A stretch of 64,000 nucleotides of DNA from a virus. The DNA lies in IMG/VR virus record IMGVR_UViG_3300023174_000152, positions 1 to 64,000 of that record; one strand, given 5' to 3'. Of this stretch, positions 35,186 through 44,600 are shown piece by piece. Each line of letters opens with the position of its first letter. Within the stretch, counting starts at the first letter, position 1. The notes under the pieces are model-generated. The model was not told the DNA's origin, searched no databases, and saw only the letters and a program-made list of their open reading frames with translations. A program made the translations under genes and the position numbers.

Positions 35186-36108
35186 CCTTCTTGACTCCGT
35201 ATAACATCAATCTCTCTGGTCATTACGCCGCGGTTATGCCAGTTTGATCTGTAATGATCTTTGAAGAATGCACTTTGAAACGGAGGCATAAACGCCATTG
35301 GTAATCCTAGCTGTGTGAGCAAAGGTTCATGATACTGATCAATGAGTTCAGCTGGTGCCCTGGGTGCTGCCACGGCTTCCCAGATATTTTTTAAACAGTC
35401 AAAGTTCTGCACTTCTCTGTGGTCCCATTCGCTGAGCATGGTCATGAATGTGCCTTGCCGTGCACCGGCTATGGCCCAGAATCCATTTTCTACATCGCAT
35501 CCCACGTTGTGCCAGATACTGAGATGATCGAAGTTGCGTTTGTGTACACGATCTTTAAATTCTGCCACTGTGGGTTTCTTGCCACGATCTAGACACATCT
35601 TTACACCTTCACGGAACCCTGCTCGCCAGGCCTGGAACGGCGAACCATTGGGATAGGTTGTTGAGTAACAATCATACATGGGCCAATACAGTGGATCAAA
35701 GCAAAACTCTACTTCGGTTTCTGTACGACCGTCGGTATTTTCGTGTGTTTTCATACGCCACACAAACTCGCGTGTCCAAGAACTCAATCCGCCATTACCA
35801 TACATCAGGCCATTGACATGATTTCGAGCTCGCCAACGATACACCGCCTGCTCCCATTCTTCGTTGGGATATTCTAATGTAAGGTTGAAAAACTTTTCAT
35901 CAGGTAAGTTGTCACCGTCGATGAGTATAAAGCGTTCTGTGTCACTGGCATCAGCCGCGGCTTTGTGTGCGGCGTCTGATCCTTTGACTCCATCTACCCG
36001 TTTGGCCCAAGGCACCATGTTTTTGATTCGCACCCAGAACTCTTCTTTCTGTGGCTCATCGTAGCTCAAATAAATGCAATCTAAATCTGCTATGTCAATC
36101 TGATTCAT
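35179..36108 (-). CDS. Glycosyltransferase-like (GT-A) protein
   Basis: FILIDGD (DxD), YGNGG, AWRAGFREGVKM. Confidence 0.65.
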   Translation of the reverse strand: MNQIDIADLDCIYLSYDEPQKEEFWVRIKNMVPWAKRVDGVKGSDAAHKAAADASDTERFILIDGDNLPDEKFFNLTLEYPNEEWEQAVYRWRARNHVNGLMYGNGGLSSWTREFVWRMKTHENTDGRTETEVEFCFDPLYWPMYDCYSTTYPNGSPFQAWRAGFREGVKMCLDRGKKPTVAEFKDRVHKRNFDHLSIWHNVGCDVENGFWAIAGARQGTFMTMLSEWDHREVQNFDCLKNIWEAVAAPRAPAELIDQYHEPLLTQLGLPMAFMPPFQSAFFKDHYRSNWHNRGVMTREIDVIRSQEGW

Positions 36109-36439
36109 ATGTTGTTTTTACTTCCCAATGTTGTTTGTTTTCTGCGTTGTTGTCAACAACGATAGTGATATCTTTAGGATGGCAAGGTGTTCCTTGGTCC
36201 GCAGGAGCCAGCTTCCAACTGGCAGGGTGATTTAACTTTACTATTTTGCCATCTTTGATTCGGATATCAAATCGTTGTTGGTCGAATGTCAATCGATCAA
36301 TCACTATAAACGTGCCAGGTAAATCTTCCATGCTATAGTGCAACACGTTGCCTGACTCATCGTGATACAGTCTAAACTCTTGCTTGACTTCTGGTTGTTC
36401 CCAGTTGTGTGCGTTAGCGGCCTGCCAAAAGGCGTCCAT
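36095..36439 (-). CDS. Hypothetical protein (114 aa)
   Basis: GAGG RBS; overlapped ORF in operon. Confidence 0.75.
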   Translation of the reverse strand: MDAFWQAANAHNWEQPEVKQEFRLYHDESGNVLHYSMEDLPGTFIVIDRLTFDQQRFDIRIKDGKIVKLNHPASWKLAPADQGTPCHPKDITIVVDNNAENKQHWEVKTTYESD

Positions 36440-37244
36440 AGTGTTCCTCTAAATCTTGGGCAAATGATTTGTGATGATAGTGTACAATGCCCTGTTGCTC
36501 CACTGTGTTGATGCGAAGACGTCCTTCTATCAACTCCCAAACCATTTCTGCTGTCCACGGTCTGGCATCGGTTTTTAAAAAGTTTACAGCTGGTTTCATG
36601 TGTGTCATAGCGGGCCAGGTATAGGGTAATGTAACTCTTTCGACCCCCATGTACTTGGCTGCCATGGCATAGATCATGTCTGTGTTGGCAGATATCGAAT
36701 CACAATATTTCAATGTTTGTCTTGCTGTAGACCACTGTTCAAAAAAACTTCTCACAAGATAAAAAAACTCTGCGGCAGTTTGACTCAGTCTCCAATATGT
36801 CACAGCATTATACACATCAGGCAAATCGTTGTCATCAAACAGTCTGCGATACACTCTACATTCGCTGGTCTCATTGAGATAGTTTTTTATCCCACGGCTG
36901 ATTACAACATCTCTATGTTCGAACCAAGACCACCAATGATCTATGTTTTCAACTATCACAGTATCGGCTTCCAGTTTGATAGTTTCTCGGAAAGGTGAAG
37001 CATGAAATGCTTGCCAATCGTTGCTGAGTTTCCAGGTGCCGTTGGGATCTTGATCTCCGTAAGGAAAAGATCTAACAATATCAAACACCGGATCATGTTC
37101 GTCGGCGTCCGTGACCAAACATATCTTGCAGTCGGGCATCCACCAACGTAGACTTTTGGCCAAAGCTCTAGCGCAGGCCACGTAATCATCCTGTCCGTTG
37201 TTTGACGCTAAGATCAGATAGCCACGTTCAAATTCTACTGCCAC
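36414..37244 (-). CDS. GT-A glycosyltransferase-like protein (GT8/GT71-like)
   Basis: RGYLILA..DYV..A..LAKS, SPFRETIKLEAD; GTG start; paralogue of next gene. Confidence 0.65.
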   Translation of the reverse strand: MAVEFERGYLILASNNGQDDYVACARALAKSLRWWMPDCKICLVTDADEHDPVFDIVRSFPYGDQDPNGTWKLSNDWQAFHASPFRETIKLEADTVIVENIDHWWSWFEHRDVVISRGIKNYLNETSECRVYRRLFDDNDLPDVYNAVTYWRLSQTAAEFFYLVRSFFEQWSTARQTLKYCDSISANTDMIYAMAAKYMGVERVTLPYTWPAMTHMKPAVNFLKTDARPWTAEMVWELIEGRLRINTVEQQGIVHYHHKSFAQDLEEHYGRLLAGR

Positions 37245-38049
37245 AGATTTTCCCCAAGTCAGGTTTGTTCATTACATGAAGATCGCAATCACGCAAGATC
37301 ATTCTAAAGTGCTTGGCATGATTGTCGACCATGCGCACATAGTTGAGTTGGAACACATCTTCTTCTAGTTGATTTAAATACACGTCATAAAAACTAGTAA
37401 ACAAAGGCCAAGGTATGTTTGGCACAGCGTTGGGCAAATGTCCATGAACTGTGTTAAGTGCTATGCTGATTGCATAGTCATTGCGATAAGGCTCTTGACT
37501 GAACTTATAGAGCCGACTGTAGTGATACCAGTTATCTTCGATCATGTTCATCATATCAAACACAGATTCGGACAATCTTGTGCGGCGGAAATATAGCACA
37601 GTGGCCCACCACATAGGAAACTCAGTTTCTCCAAATCTTGTATCTCTAGCAAAGTTTCTGCGATCAGTGACATCTAACACATCTCTGTGGCAAAGCAAAT
37701 CCTGCCCGCAATCAAATAAAACTTTTAATCGATCACAAGAAACAATGTAATCTGTGTCTAGCACTATGGTTTCATTGTATGGTGATACATCAAATGCACG
37801 ACAGCGTCCTCGATTAAACCATGTGGCCGACGAGTCAGCATTCATGTGGTCAAACTTGCGTGTGCCACCTGATTTACTCTCACGTATGATCACTTGATCA
37901 AACATGGATGTATCGTTGGGTGCTTGATCAGTGACCAAGGTAACTGGCAGCCCAAGATGCCTGGTGATACGAGGTGCAGACCACTGAGCTTGACTCACGT
38001 AATCTACCTTGTCATTGTTAAAGGCAAATAAAACAGCGCCACGTGTCAT
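37228..38049 (-). CDS. GT-A glycosyltransferase-like protein (GT8/GT71-like)
   Basis: RGAVLFA..DYV, SPYNETIVLDTD (DxD), RND, HVMNK. Confidence 0.7.
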   Translation of the reverse strand: MTRGAVLFAFNNDKVDYVSQAQWSAPRITRHLGLPVTLVTDQAPNDTSMFDQVIIRESKSGGTRKFDHMNADSSATWFNRGRCRAFDVSPYNETIVLDTDYIVSCDRLKVLFDCGQDLLCHRDVLDVTDRRNFARDTRFGETEFPMWWATVLYFRRTRLSESVFDMMNMIEDNWYHYSRLYKFSQEPYRNDYAISIALNTVHGHLPNAVPNIPWPLFTSFYDVYLNQLEEDVFQLNYVRMVDNHAKHFRMILRDCDLHVMNKPDLGKICGSRI

Positions 38050-38357
38050 CTATTTTTGCTCAACGTTTCTAACTCTATCATCCAAGCAGTGAGTTGTTCT
38101 TGCCAGCGATCATGCGCTAGATGTTGTAATTCTAATACATTGATTTTTACTGGTGTGTCATACATGTCTAACAAGACAGCATCTTCTGTGGGGCAGGATT
38201 GCAATAAAGCCAATAGTTCTGGCCCGGCACACCACATGCCGCCGCCGTGGGCAAAGGTCATTTTGCTTTGGTATTTTTCTTTGAGCAGTTTTTTCTGCGT
38301 GGCGTGATCAAATCGGCTTTTGATCTCTTGTGTTAGTTTTTCTGTGTCCATGGTCAT
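38046..38357 (-). CDS. Hypothetical protein (103 aa)
   Basis: First gene of the minus-strand enzyme operon. Confidence 0.8.
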   Translation of the reverse strand: MTMDTEKLTQEIKSRFDHATQKKLLKEKYQSKMTFAHGGGMWCAGPELLALLQSCPTEDAVLLDMYDTPVKINVLELQHLAHDRWQEQLTAWMIELETLSKNR

Positions 38358-38362
38358 ACTCC

Positions 38363-38391
38363 ATTATAACAGAGTATGTACCAAAAGTAAA
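38363..38391 (-). promoter_or_regulatory. sigma70-type promoter heading the modification operon
   Basis: Minus strand TTTACT-17 nt-TATAAT with TGn extension. Confidence 0.6.
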
Positions 38392-38410
38392 GGGCCCGGA
38401 GGCCCTTTTT
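38389..38410 (-). terminator. Terminator hairpin ending the tail gene block
   Basis: aaagggcc-cgga-ggcccttt; A/T runs on both flanks, possibly bidirectional. Confidence 0.75.
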
Positions 38411-38428
38411 GTTTGCCAATATTACCTA

Positions 38429-39400
38429 TTATGCATTCGAACCTGACATCGTTGGAGTTCCCCAACTTGTAGTAGTCAAGTTTGTAGTTTCGCTTGGGAT
38501 AAGAGTCATTGTAGAAGTCAGTGTACCATCAACTGTGGTTAAGCCACCTGATTTGGCTACAGTTGTGTACACAGTGATTACAGAACCTGTATCAGCATTT
38601 GAGCCTTGGGTACCATTTGATTTGACGTTAATAGTTATACTGTTGCCTTCATAACCATAGTAAGAACTGGATGACTGAGTAAACACTTGTACGTTGGCCG
38701 TGGTAAGATCATAATAACCTGTAGTTGAAGCTATAGTTGGCGAACCAGAACCACCGGTTTTGTTTGTTCCTGTAAAGCTACCACCGGCGATTGTTGCTGT
38801 ACCCGAGCCACCTGTGATAGTGATCGTTCCAACTGCTGTACACAAATCGGTAATGGCAGTGTTCTGTGAGTTTACGCTACCACCTGTACGGCTGTAACTC
38901 AATGTAACGCGGCCACCTGCATTAAAGAAATAACGTGCGGCATCGCCTGATGAAAAAGTAATAGTTTGAGTAAATATCGTGCTCGAAGTCCAACCAGTTG
39001 TTCGACTTACCGCACCACCTGTGGTAATCGATGTCCCTGATGACACACAGTTTAATCTGTTGTTGTAGATTGACGTGATGTTGGTTGACAACGCGGCATA
39101 GGCTGAAATGGTATCTCCAGCCACTGGACTGGAAATAGGAGTGATTGTGGTACTTTGATGCGTGGCTGCTGAAGAAATACGAGCCAACATTGTTGACCAT
39201 TGTGTTGCTGTAACTGTCTGGCCTACTGTGACTGCACTCAATACCGGAAGAGTGGTCTGACCATATCCTTTGTCACCGTTGCCAATGCCCCACACGGTGT
39301 TTACGTTTGCGACGTTGTTGTCACCTGTGCCAGAAGCATTGCCTGTGGCAAAAATGTTATAGTCGTCGTCTAATATTACTGAACCGGTTGAATAGGTCAT
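38429..39400 (-). CDS. Ser/Thr/Gly-rich virion (tail/baseplate) protein
   Basis: About 111 of 323 residues Ser/Thr by hand count; ARYFFNAGGR motif; in structural block. Confidence 0.75.
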   Translation of the reverse strand: MTYSTGSVILDDDYNIFATGNASGTGDNNVANVNTVWGIGNGDKGYGQTTLPVLSAVTVGQTVTATQWSTMLARISSAATHQSTTITPISSPVAGDTISAYAALSTNITSIYNNRLNCVSSGTSITTGGAVSRTTGWTSSTIFTQTITFSSGDAARYFFNAGGRVTLSYSRTGGSVNSQNTAITDLCTAVGTITITGGSGTATIAGGSFTGTNKTGGSGSPTIASTTGYYDLTTANVQVFTQSSSSYYGYEGNSITINVKSNGTQGSNADTGSVITVYTTVAKSGGLTTVDGTLTSTMTLIPSETTNLTTTSWGTPTMSGSNA

Positions 39401-39410
39401 TGCTTAATCC

Positions 39411-40844
39411 TTAGTTAATGGTCACAATGGCTTCAACGGTTCCTTCATCTTCGGTATTCTTAGATGTAAGGGCACGTCCTATGACATTGAACGCTGTAGC
39501 TTCACCTTGGCGAGCCGCCCTGGCCAACCCGTGTCCTGCGCTAATCAAGCGATCACCTTTGCGAACTCGGCCAACAACCAATACTGGAACACGACCTGTC
39601 ATAGCAACAGGTGGGTGTGTGGCATTGTCGCCGGCTGCACCATTCATGGTGTAAGCTGGTCTAGTACTGATAACTCCAAATACTTCGTCGGTGGCTTCTT
39701 CCATTGCGGCTGTGATTTCTTTCGCTCCGCCTAACATAACAACTGTGCCAGGAGGATATGCGGCATCTGCTTCAAAACGTTCTGCCAAGTCAGCGTATTC
39801 AGCTGATGTTGCTTTGGCAAATATGGTGTTGAAGTAACCACCTGTGCTACCAATGTTGCCAACACCGTTGGCATTGTTATTGATGATACTACCCAGTGAC
39901 ACAGCGGCTGTGCCAAAGTTTACAGAACCACCAGTTGATGAAATGGTTCCGCCAACTGTTAGACCATCTAGGATGGTAACGTTGCTGGTGGCACCGTCGA
40001 TCACGATTGGGGATGTAGTTGATCCACCATCATTGACTTGTATGTAGATGTCGCCGTTTAGTGTTTGATTACGGAAATATACGTCAGTTCCTTGTACAAA
40101 GAATCTGCCGTCTGAATCGCCACCGACATATAAACCAGTGTCATTGAGAACGCTCAAGGTACCGCTGGTTGATGTATTTGTGTCTGAACGCATGAACTGA
40201 CTGGATGTCAATCCATCAACTGTGTCAGCATTGGTAGCTGTACCGTTGAATACTGCACCAGCCACTGTGGTGCTCATGTTTAGACCAGGACCTATTGTGG
40301 GGAATCCTGACAGTGCGGCAGCTGGAGTGAATGTAGCGTCTTTAGAGAATATAGAAACGATAGTGTTGTTGACAAACATTTTGACAACAACGTGATCGGC
40401 ACCTGGTGATGAGTCAGTTACCGTGTCAACGATGGCACCGGACGTACCTGTGCCTGCTGTAAATGCAGGACCAACCAGGATGAATCCTGAACCATTATAA
40501 ACTTTGAGCTGTGCGTTGACTGTGTCAAACCATAGATCACCGGTGACATTAGATGTTGGAGTAGTTGCACTGGCTGTGGTTGATGAAATGACCTTGAACT
40601 GTGTACCGTTGTACACTTTCATCTGTCCATTGGTCTTATCCCACCAAAGCTGGCCAATCAATGGATCGCCAGGCGCTGTGGTATTGCTACTGTTTTCCAG
40701 TAAGTGGATGAAGTTTTCATCCAAGAATTCACCGTAACCAGCATAGTTTTTGCCCACCAGGGTCATGCTGGAATCAGTGTTAATAGTACCGTCCGCGATT
40801 ACCGCAAAAATAGTACCATCAGTTAGGTTGATTGTATATGCCAT
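39411..40844 (-). CDS. Tail fibre-like protein with C-terminal peptidase-G2/IMC-like chaperone domain
   Basis: GQLWWD/GDLWFD repeats; YADLAERFEAD..GVIS..PVAMTGRVPV..KGDRL. Confidence 0.75.
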   Translation of the reverse strand: MAYTINLTDGTIFAVIADGTINTDSSMTLVGKNYAGYGEFLDENFIHLLENSSNTTAPGDPLIGQLWWDKTNGQMKVYNGTQFKVISSTTASATTPTSNVTGDLWFDTVNAQLKVYNGSGFILVGPAFTAGTGTSGAIVDTVTDSSPGADHVVVKMFVNNTIVSIFSKDATFTPAAALSGFPTIGPGLNMSTTVAGAVFNGTATNADTVDGLTSSQFMRSDTNTSTSGTLSVLNDTGLYVGGDSDGRFFVQGTDVYFRNQTLNGDIYIQVNDGGSTTSPIVIDGATSNVTILDGLTVGGTISSTGGSVNFGTAAVSLGSIINNNANGVGNIGSTGGYFNTIFAKATSAEYADLAERFEADAAYPPGTVVMLGGAKEITAAMEEATDEVFGVISTRPAYTMNGAAGDNATHPPVAMTGRVPVLVVGRVRKGDRLISAGHGLARAARQGEATAFNVIGRALTSKNTEDEGTVEAIVTIN

Positions 40845-40866
40845 CTGTTCTACTCCGCTTTAGAGA

Positions 40867-40872
40867 TATTTA
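40867..40872 (-). promoter_or_regulatory. Putative late promoter TAAATA
   Basis: TAAATA upstream of GGAG RBS of 40844; second copy at 40892-40897. Confidence 0.55.
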
Positions 40873-40894
40873 TGATATCTTAATATATCCATAT

Positions 40895-41497
40895 TTATGT
40901 GCTACTTAGATTAGTCAGTGTTTGGATACGCACTGTGTAATCTATCTGGATCTGACGGTTCAAGCTCTTTTGCACAGGGTGAAAAATCACGTGTGTAATC
41001 AAGCGCAGATCCGTCGGGCTCCCGTTCCAAGTTTTTAAACCCAACTCATCAAACACATACTCACCGTTAAAGTTGGTTGAGTTATCAAATGCTTGCTGTC
41101 CTGCAGGCTCACCATAGTCCAGCAAACAACTGACCAGGATATCTGTATACACAGTTCCTGTGGTGTGTAAAACTGTAAGATTGTTTCTGCTAGGGTCGGT
41201 ATTGGCCGCAGAATTATCATCTACTACTTTGGCGTAAGTAGGATTGTAAAGGTCTGCATTCTGACCCGTGGTGTTGGGCGGAAGATAAGTGATCACTCCA
41301 GTGGGATCCACTGAGCTGCCGCCATTGCCAAATGCCATGAGATATATCTGTCCAATGCGCTTGTTGGCCAAACTGTTGGCCATGCTCACCGAAATGTTCT
41401 CATAGTGTATAGCGTTCTTTTTGTCCACAAACACTTCTTGGGTGTTTGGGTCAAATATCTTGACAAAACCTTCGATTTTTACTGGTACTTGCATCAT
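40895..41497 (-). CDS. Virion structural protein (200 aa)
   Basis: In tail block; FDELGL..THVIFHPVQKS. Confidence 0.7.
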   Translation of the reverse strand: MMQVPVKIEGFVKIFDPNTQEVFVDKKNAIHYENISVSMANSLANKRIGQIYLMAFGNGGSSVDPTGVITYLPPNTTGQNADLYNPTYAKVVDDNSAANTDPSRNNLTVLHTTGTVYTDILVSCLLDYGEPAGQQAFDNSTNFNGEYVFDELGLKTWNGSPTDLRLITHVIFHPVQKSLNRQIQIDYTVRIQTLTNLSST

Positions 41498-41646
41498 GCT
41501 CGTGTCTCCACAATCACTTCTTTGGTGTTAGGATCGAAGATTTTCACGTGACCCATCACAGCGAAACCAGCCCGTTCATTGGGCTTGGTCTGTGGCTTTT
41601 TTTGCACTGGATCAACTTTGGGTTCTTGTACGGATTTATCGTTCAT
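41494..41646 (-). CDS. 50-aa protein duplicating the N-terminal motif of the downstream gene
   Basis: MNDKSVQEP...GHVKIFDPNTKEVIVETRA; ATGA overlap with 41497. Confidence 0.75.
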   Translation of the reverse strand: MNDKSVQEPKVDPVQKKPQTKPNERAGFAVMGHVKIFDPNTKEVIVETRA

Positions 41647-41651
41647 AGAAC

Positions 41652-41657
41652 TATTTA
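41652..41657 (-). promoter_or_regulatory. Putative late promoter TAAATA
   Basis: 5 nt upstream of ATG 41646. Confidence 0.55.
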
Positions 41658-41666
41658 GCTCGTGCA

Positions 41667-44600
41667 TTATGCCCTTCCTTCTATAAACCTAGCGGCCTGG
41701 GTGTTTTGTTCCTGCAATGGCCTTCCATTGCTGGCTGTATCAATGCCCTGTTCATACATTACTCGTGCTTGCTCGATGTAGATTTCCACTTCAGATCCTT
41801 TGGCGGGCGCAACATTGAACGTTATGACGATTGGGTTCACAGACGATACTGAGTACGTGGTACTGTCTACCAGCGTTCCTCCTACTTTGACCTGCACCGG
41901 ACGAGTCACAGATATGTCTGTGACAAATGTTGTTGTGGCAACATCTAGCTGACTGATAAAGAAAGTGTTGCTGTTTAAGTCGTTGATTACCACTACTCGT
42001 TTCACTGGCACAGGGGTGTCAAATACCACTGTGATTGGGTTGAGATTTGTTATGACGTAATCATCTTCGGACTGTAACACCAAATCTGTGGCAGAGAAAG
42101 TGGCCGCCCATTGGCTGGTTGAGCCAGTTGTTGGCACATTGAACACTGATGGTGATCCCACAGTTGGAGTATAAGTGATTTGGAATACTAGTCCTGGTGG
42201 AGGAATAAAATCAAGTTGCACAGTTATAGGATCCACACTGATGATACTGAAATCGTCTTGCGGGATTTCAACCAGTGAGCCCAGTGTGTTACCAATGTAG
42301 CATCGTACAGATCCGCCTAGATATACATCGATATCGTTGACATACCCAATGTCTGTAGAGTAAGTCTGTGTGGTTCCATCTCCAAGGAACACATTTGATT
42401 TTGTTTGTTCTTGATATTGTGGTGGCAATAGTTCACCAAACCCAATGTCTATGACCACGCTGCCAACTGTGTGAGAATCTATAGCAGTACCGGCTGTGCC
42501 ACGACGCAGGCCGGATACGGTGTTGTTGACAACGTCTCGATTGCGATAAGTGATTCTTTCACCATTGATCGTGAGCTGTCCAAAAATATTGGCAGCTGGA
42601 TTGGGTTGGCTCAACTCGTTGGCATTCAACACATAGATCACATCGTCGGTCTCGCTCAGTGGCTGTGTCAATACTGTACTGTTTTCAGGTGTGATGCGAT
42701 ATATCCGTTGATTGCCCAACATGTCCTGGAAGATGCGGAAGGATATAGCTTCAGGAACCACGCTTTGTGTGAAGGAAGTAATCACTACCACATCAGCTGG
42801 GCCTATGATACTGCCGCCAATGGTAACAACGCTGCCGGATGTGGTAAAGTCTTCGCCTGGTACCAGTCTCCATCCATTGAGTGTTACCCACAATCTGCCA
42901 GAATCTACTATGATTCGTCCAGTGTCAAAGTTGTTGCTAGAAACCACTGTGCCTGTGCCATAGTCAAAAGATCCTGGATCTCCAGTGACATTACCTTCAT
43001 CAAAGGTAGTGTCGTCGTAGGGTTGGCCAACACTGACTCCGCTCTGTGTAGGACCTTGGAACACTTGTGTCAATATACCTTGCTCTGAAGTATCGTTCCA
43101 GGTAGTCACAGCAAACACAGCACCAGTTGCGGCACCAACTCTCAATATGAGTTGATCATTGTTGATTATGTAATCAGCGTCTGTGGTCACTGCTATTTTG
43201 ATAACTGATCCTGTGGCAGGAGCTGTTGCAAACTCTACATAACGATCACTGCTGCCATCCCAAGGACTCACGGTATAATCAACGCTGAGATTGTACAATA
43301 CTTCGTCCACGTAGACCACAACGTCATTGTCAGATATCAGCCCTTGTGGAGTTCCACCTCGTGTTGGCAAATAGAAAGGTCCAGCAGAACTACCATCTCC
43401 AAGGTATTCAATGCTTTCGGGCGGACGTAAGCGAGAGCCTTCGCGTTCGACGATGGCGTCAATGGGGTTAGTTCCTTGCAAACTGTTTGTCAAGGTGTAA
43501 TCTGTGGTGCTGCCATCGTATACTAGATATTGTGTTACAGGGAAACTCCAGCTCTTCTGCGGAGTTGTTGGACCCAGAGCAGTGACCACTACCCAATCGG
43601 TAGCATCGTATGTGTTGTCAAACAGTATTCTTGTTTCGTAGCCATTGATTGGCGCATAGGTGTAGTTGGTGATGATTTCACCGTTGACCAATATCAGCAG
43701 TTCTTCGAGTATGCTGTCTCCATCAATGATAGTGTAGAAAGCAACATCAAAAGATGAACCGCTGTTGATCGTCCTATTTACTCTGTAAACATTGTTGTTG
43801 AACTCAACATAGGTACCTTGTGCATAGATCGTAAATGTTGTCCAGGTCACAGCAGTGATCACTGGAATGACCAATGAGTTGCCGACTACATCGCCTGGAT
43901 AACTTTCTTTGAACAGTTGGCTTCCGCCGCCTACGCCATACACATTGACCTCAACTATGTCTCCGTAGTTTGTAGCGGCTCCGTTGACAATGGTCAAAGT
44001 GCGGGCTGGCCAATCAACTGTGTAGTCAACTTCAGGCACCAGTGAAACACGATTTGTGACGTTGACTGCACGTACAGCCACGGCATGAGCCATGACTTCT
44101 GAAAAATCTATCGAATCGTCTGTGGCTGTATATTCCAGATTGATCTGTTTGATGTTAAACCCGTGCCCATCCCCTTCCCAGTCTGCACCTGGACGAGTAT
44201 AAACACGGAAATCCAGTGTGTCAAAAGTAGACCCAGGCACTAGTTCTTCAGGAGCATGGCTCGAGTATGTGTCAATGAATGCACCACCATCTACGTTGAT
44301 ATCTGTGGGTCTGGTTCCAAGATAGGTGTCAGTAAACGAGCTTTGATAGATCGCATCAAGTATGCTTTCAGCATAGGTTGGTTTGCCTTCAGGACCGTAG
44401 TCAATGTTATCATATGGGTTGACATCAAAGTTGCCCACATCATATCCGGTGTTCTGGTTAAAGTTGGGCCCCATGACCTGTACACCTGGGTAGTCAATGC
44501 CAACCATGACCTGCGCAAGTTCTCTACCTGGTTCGTTGGGAGATGGGGTGTATAAGCCAATCACGCGGTCTGCCGCGTCCAGTGTGGCTTGATCTACCAA

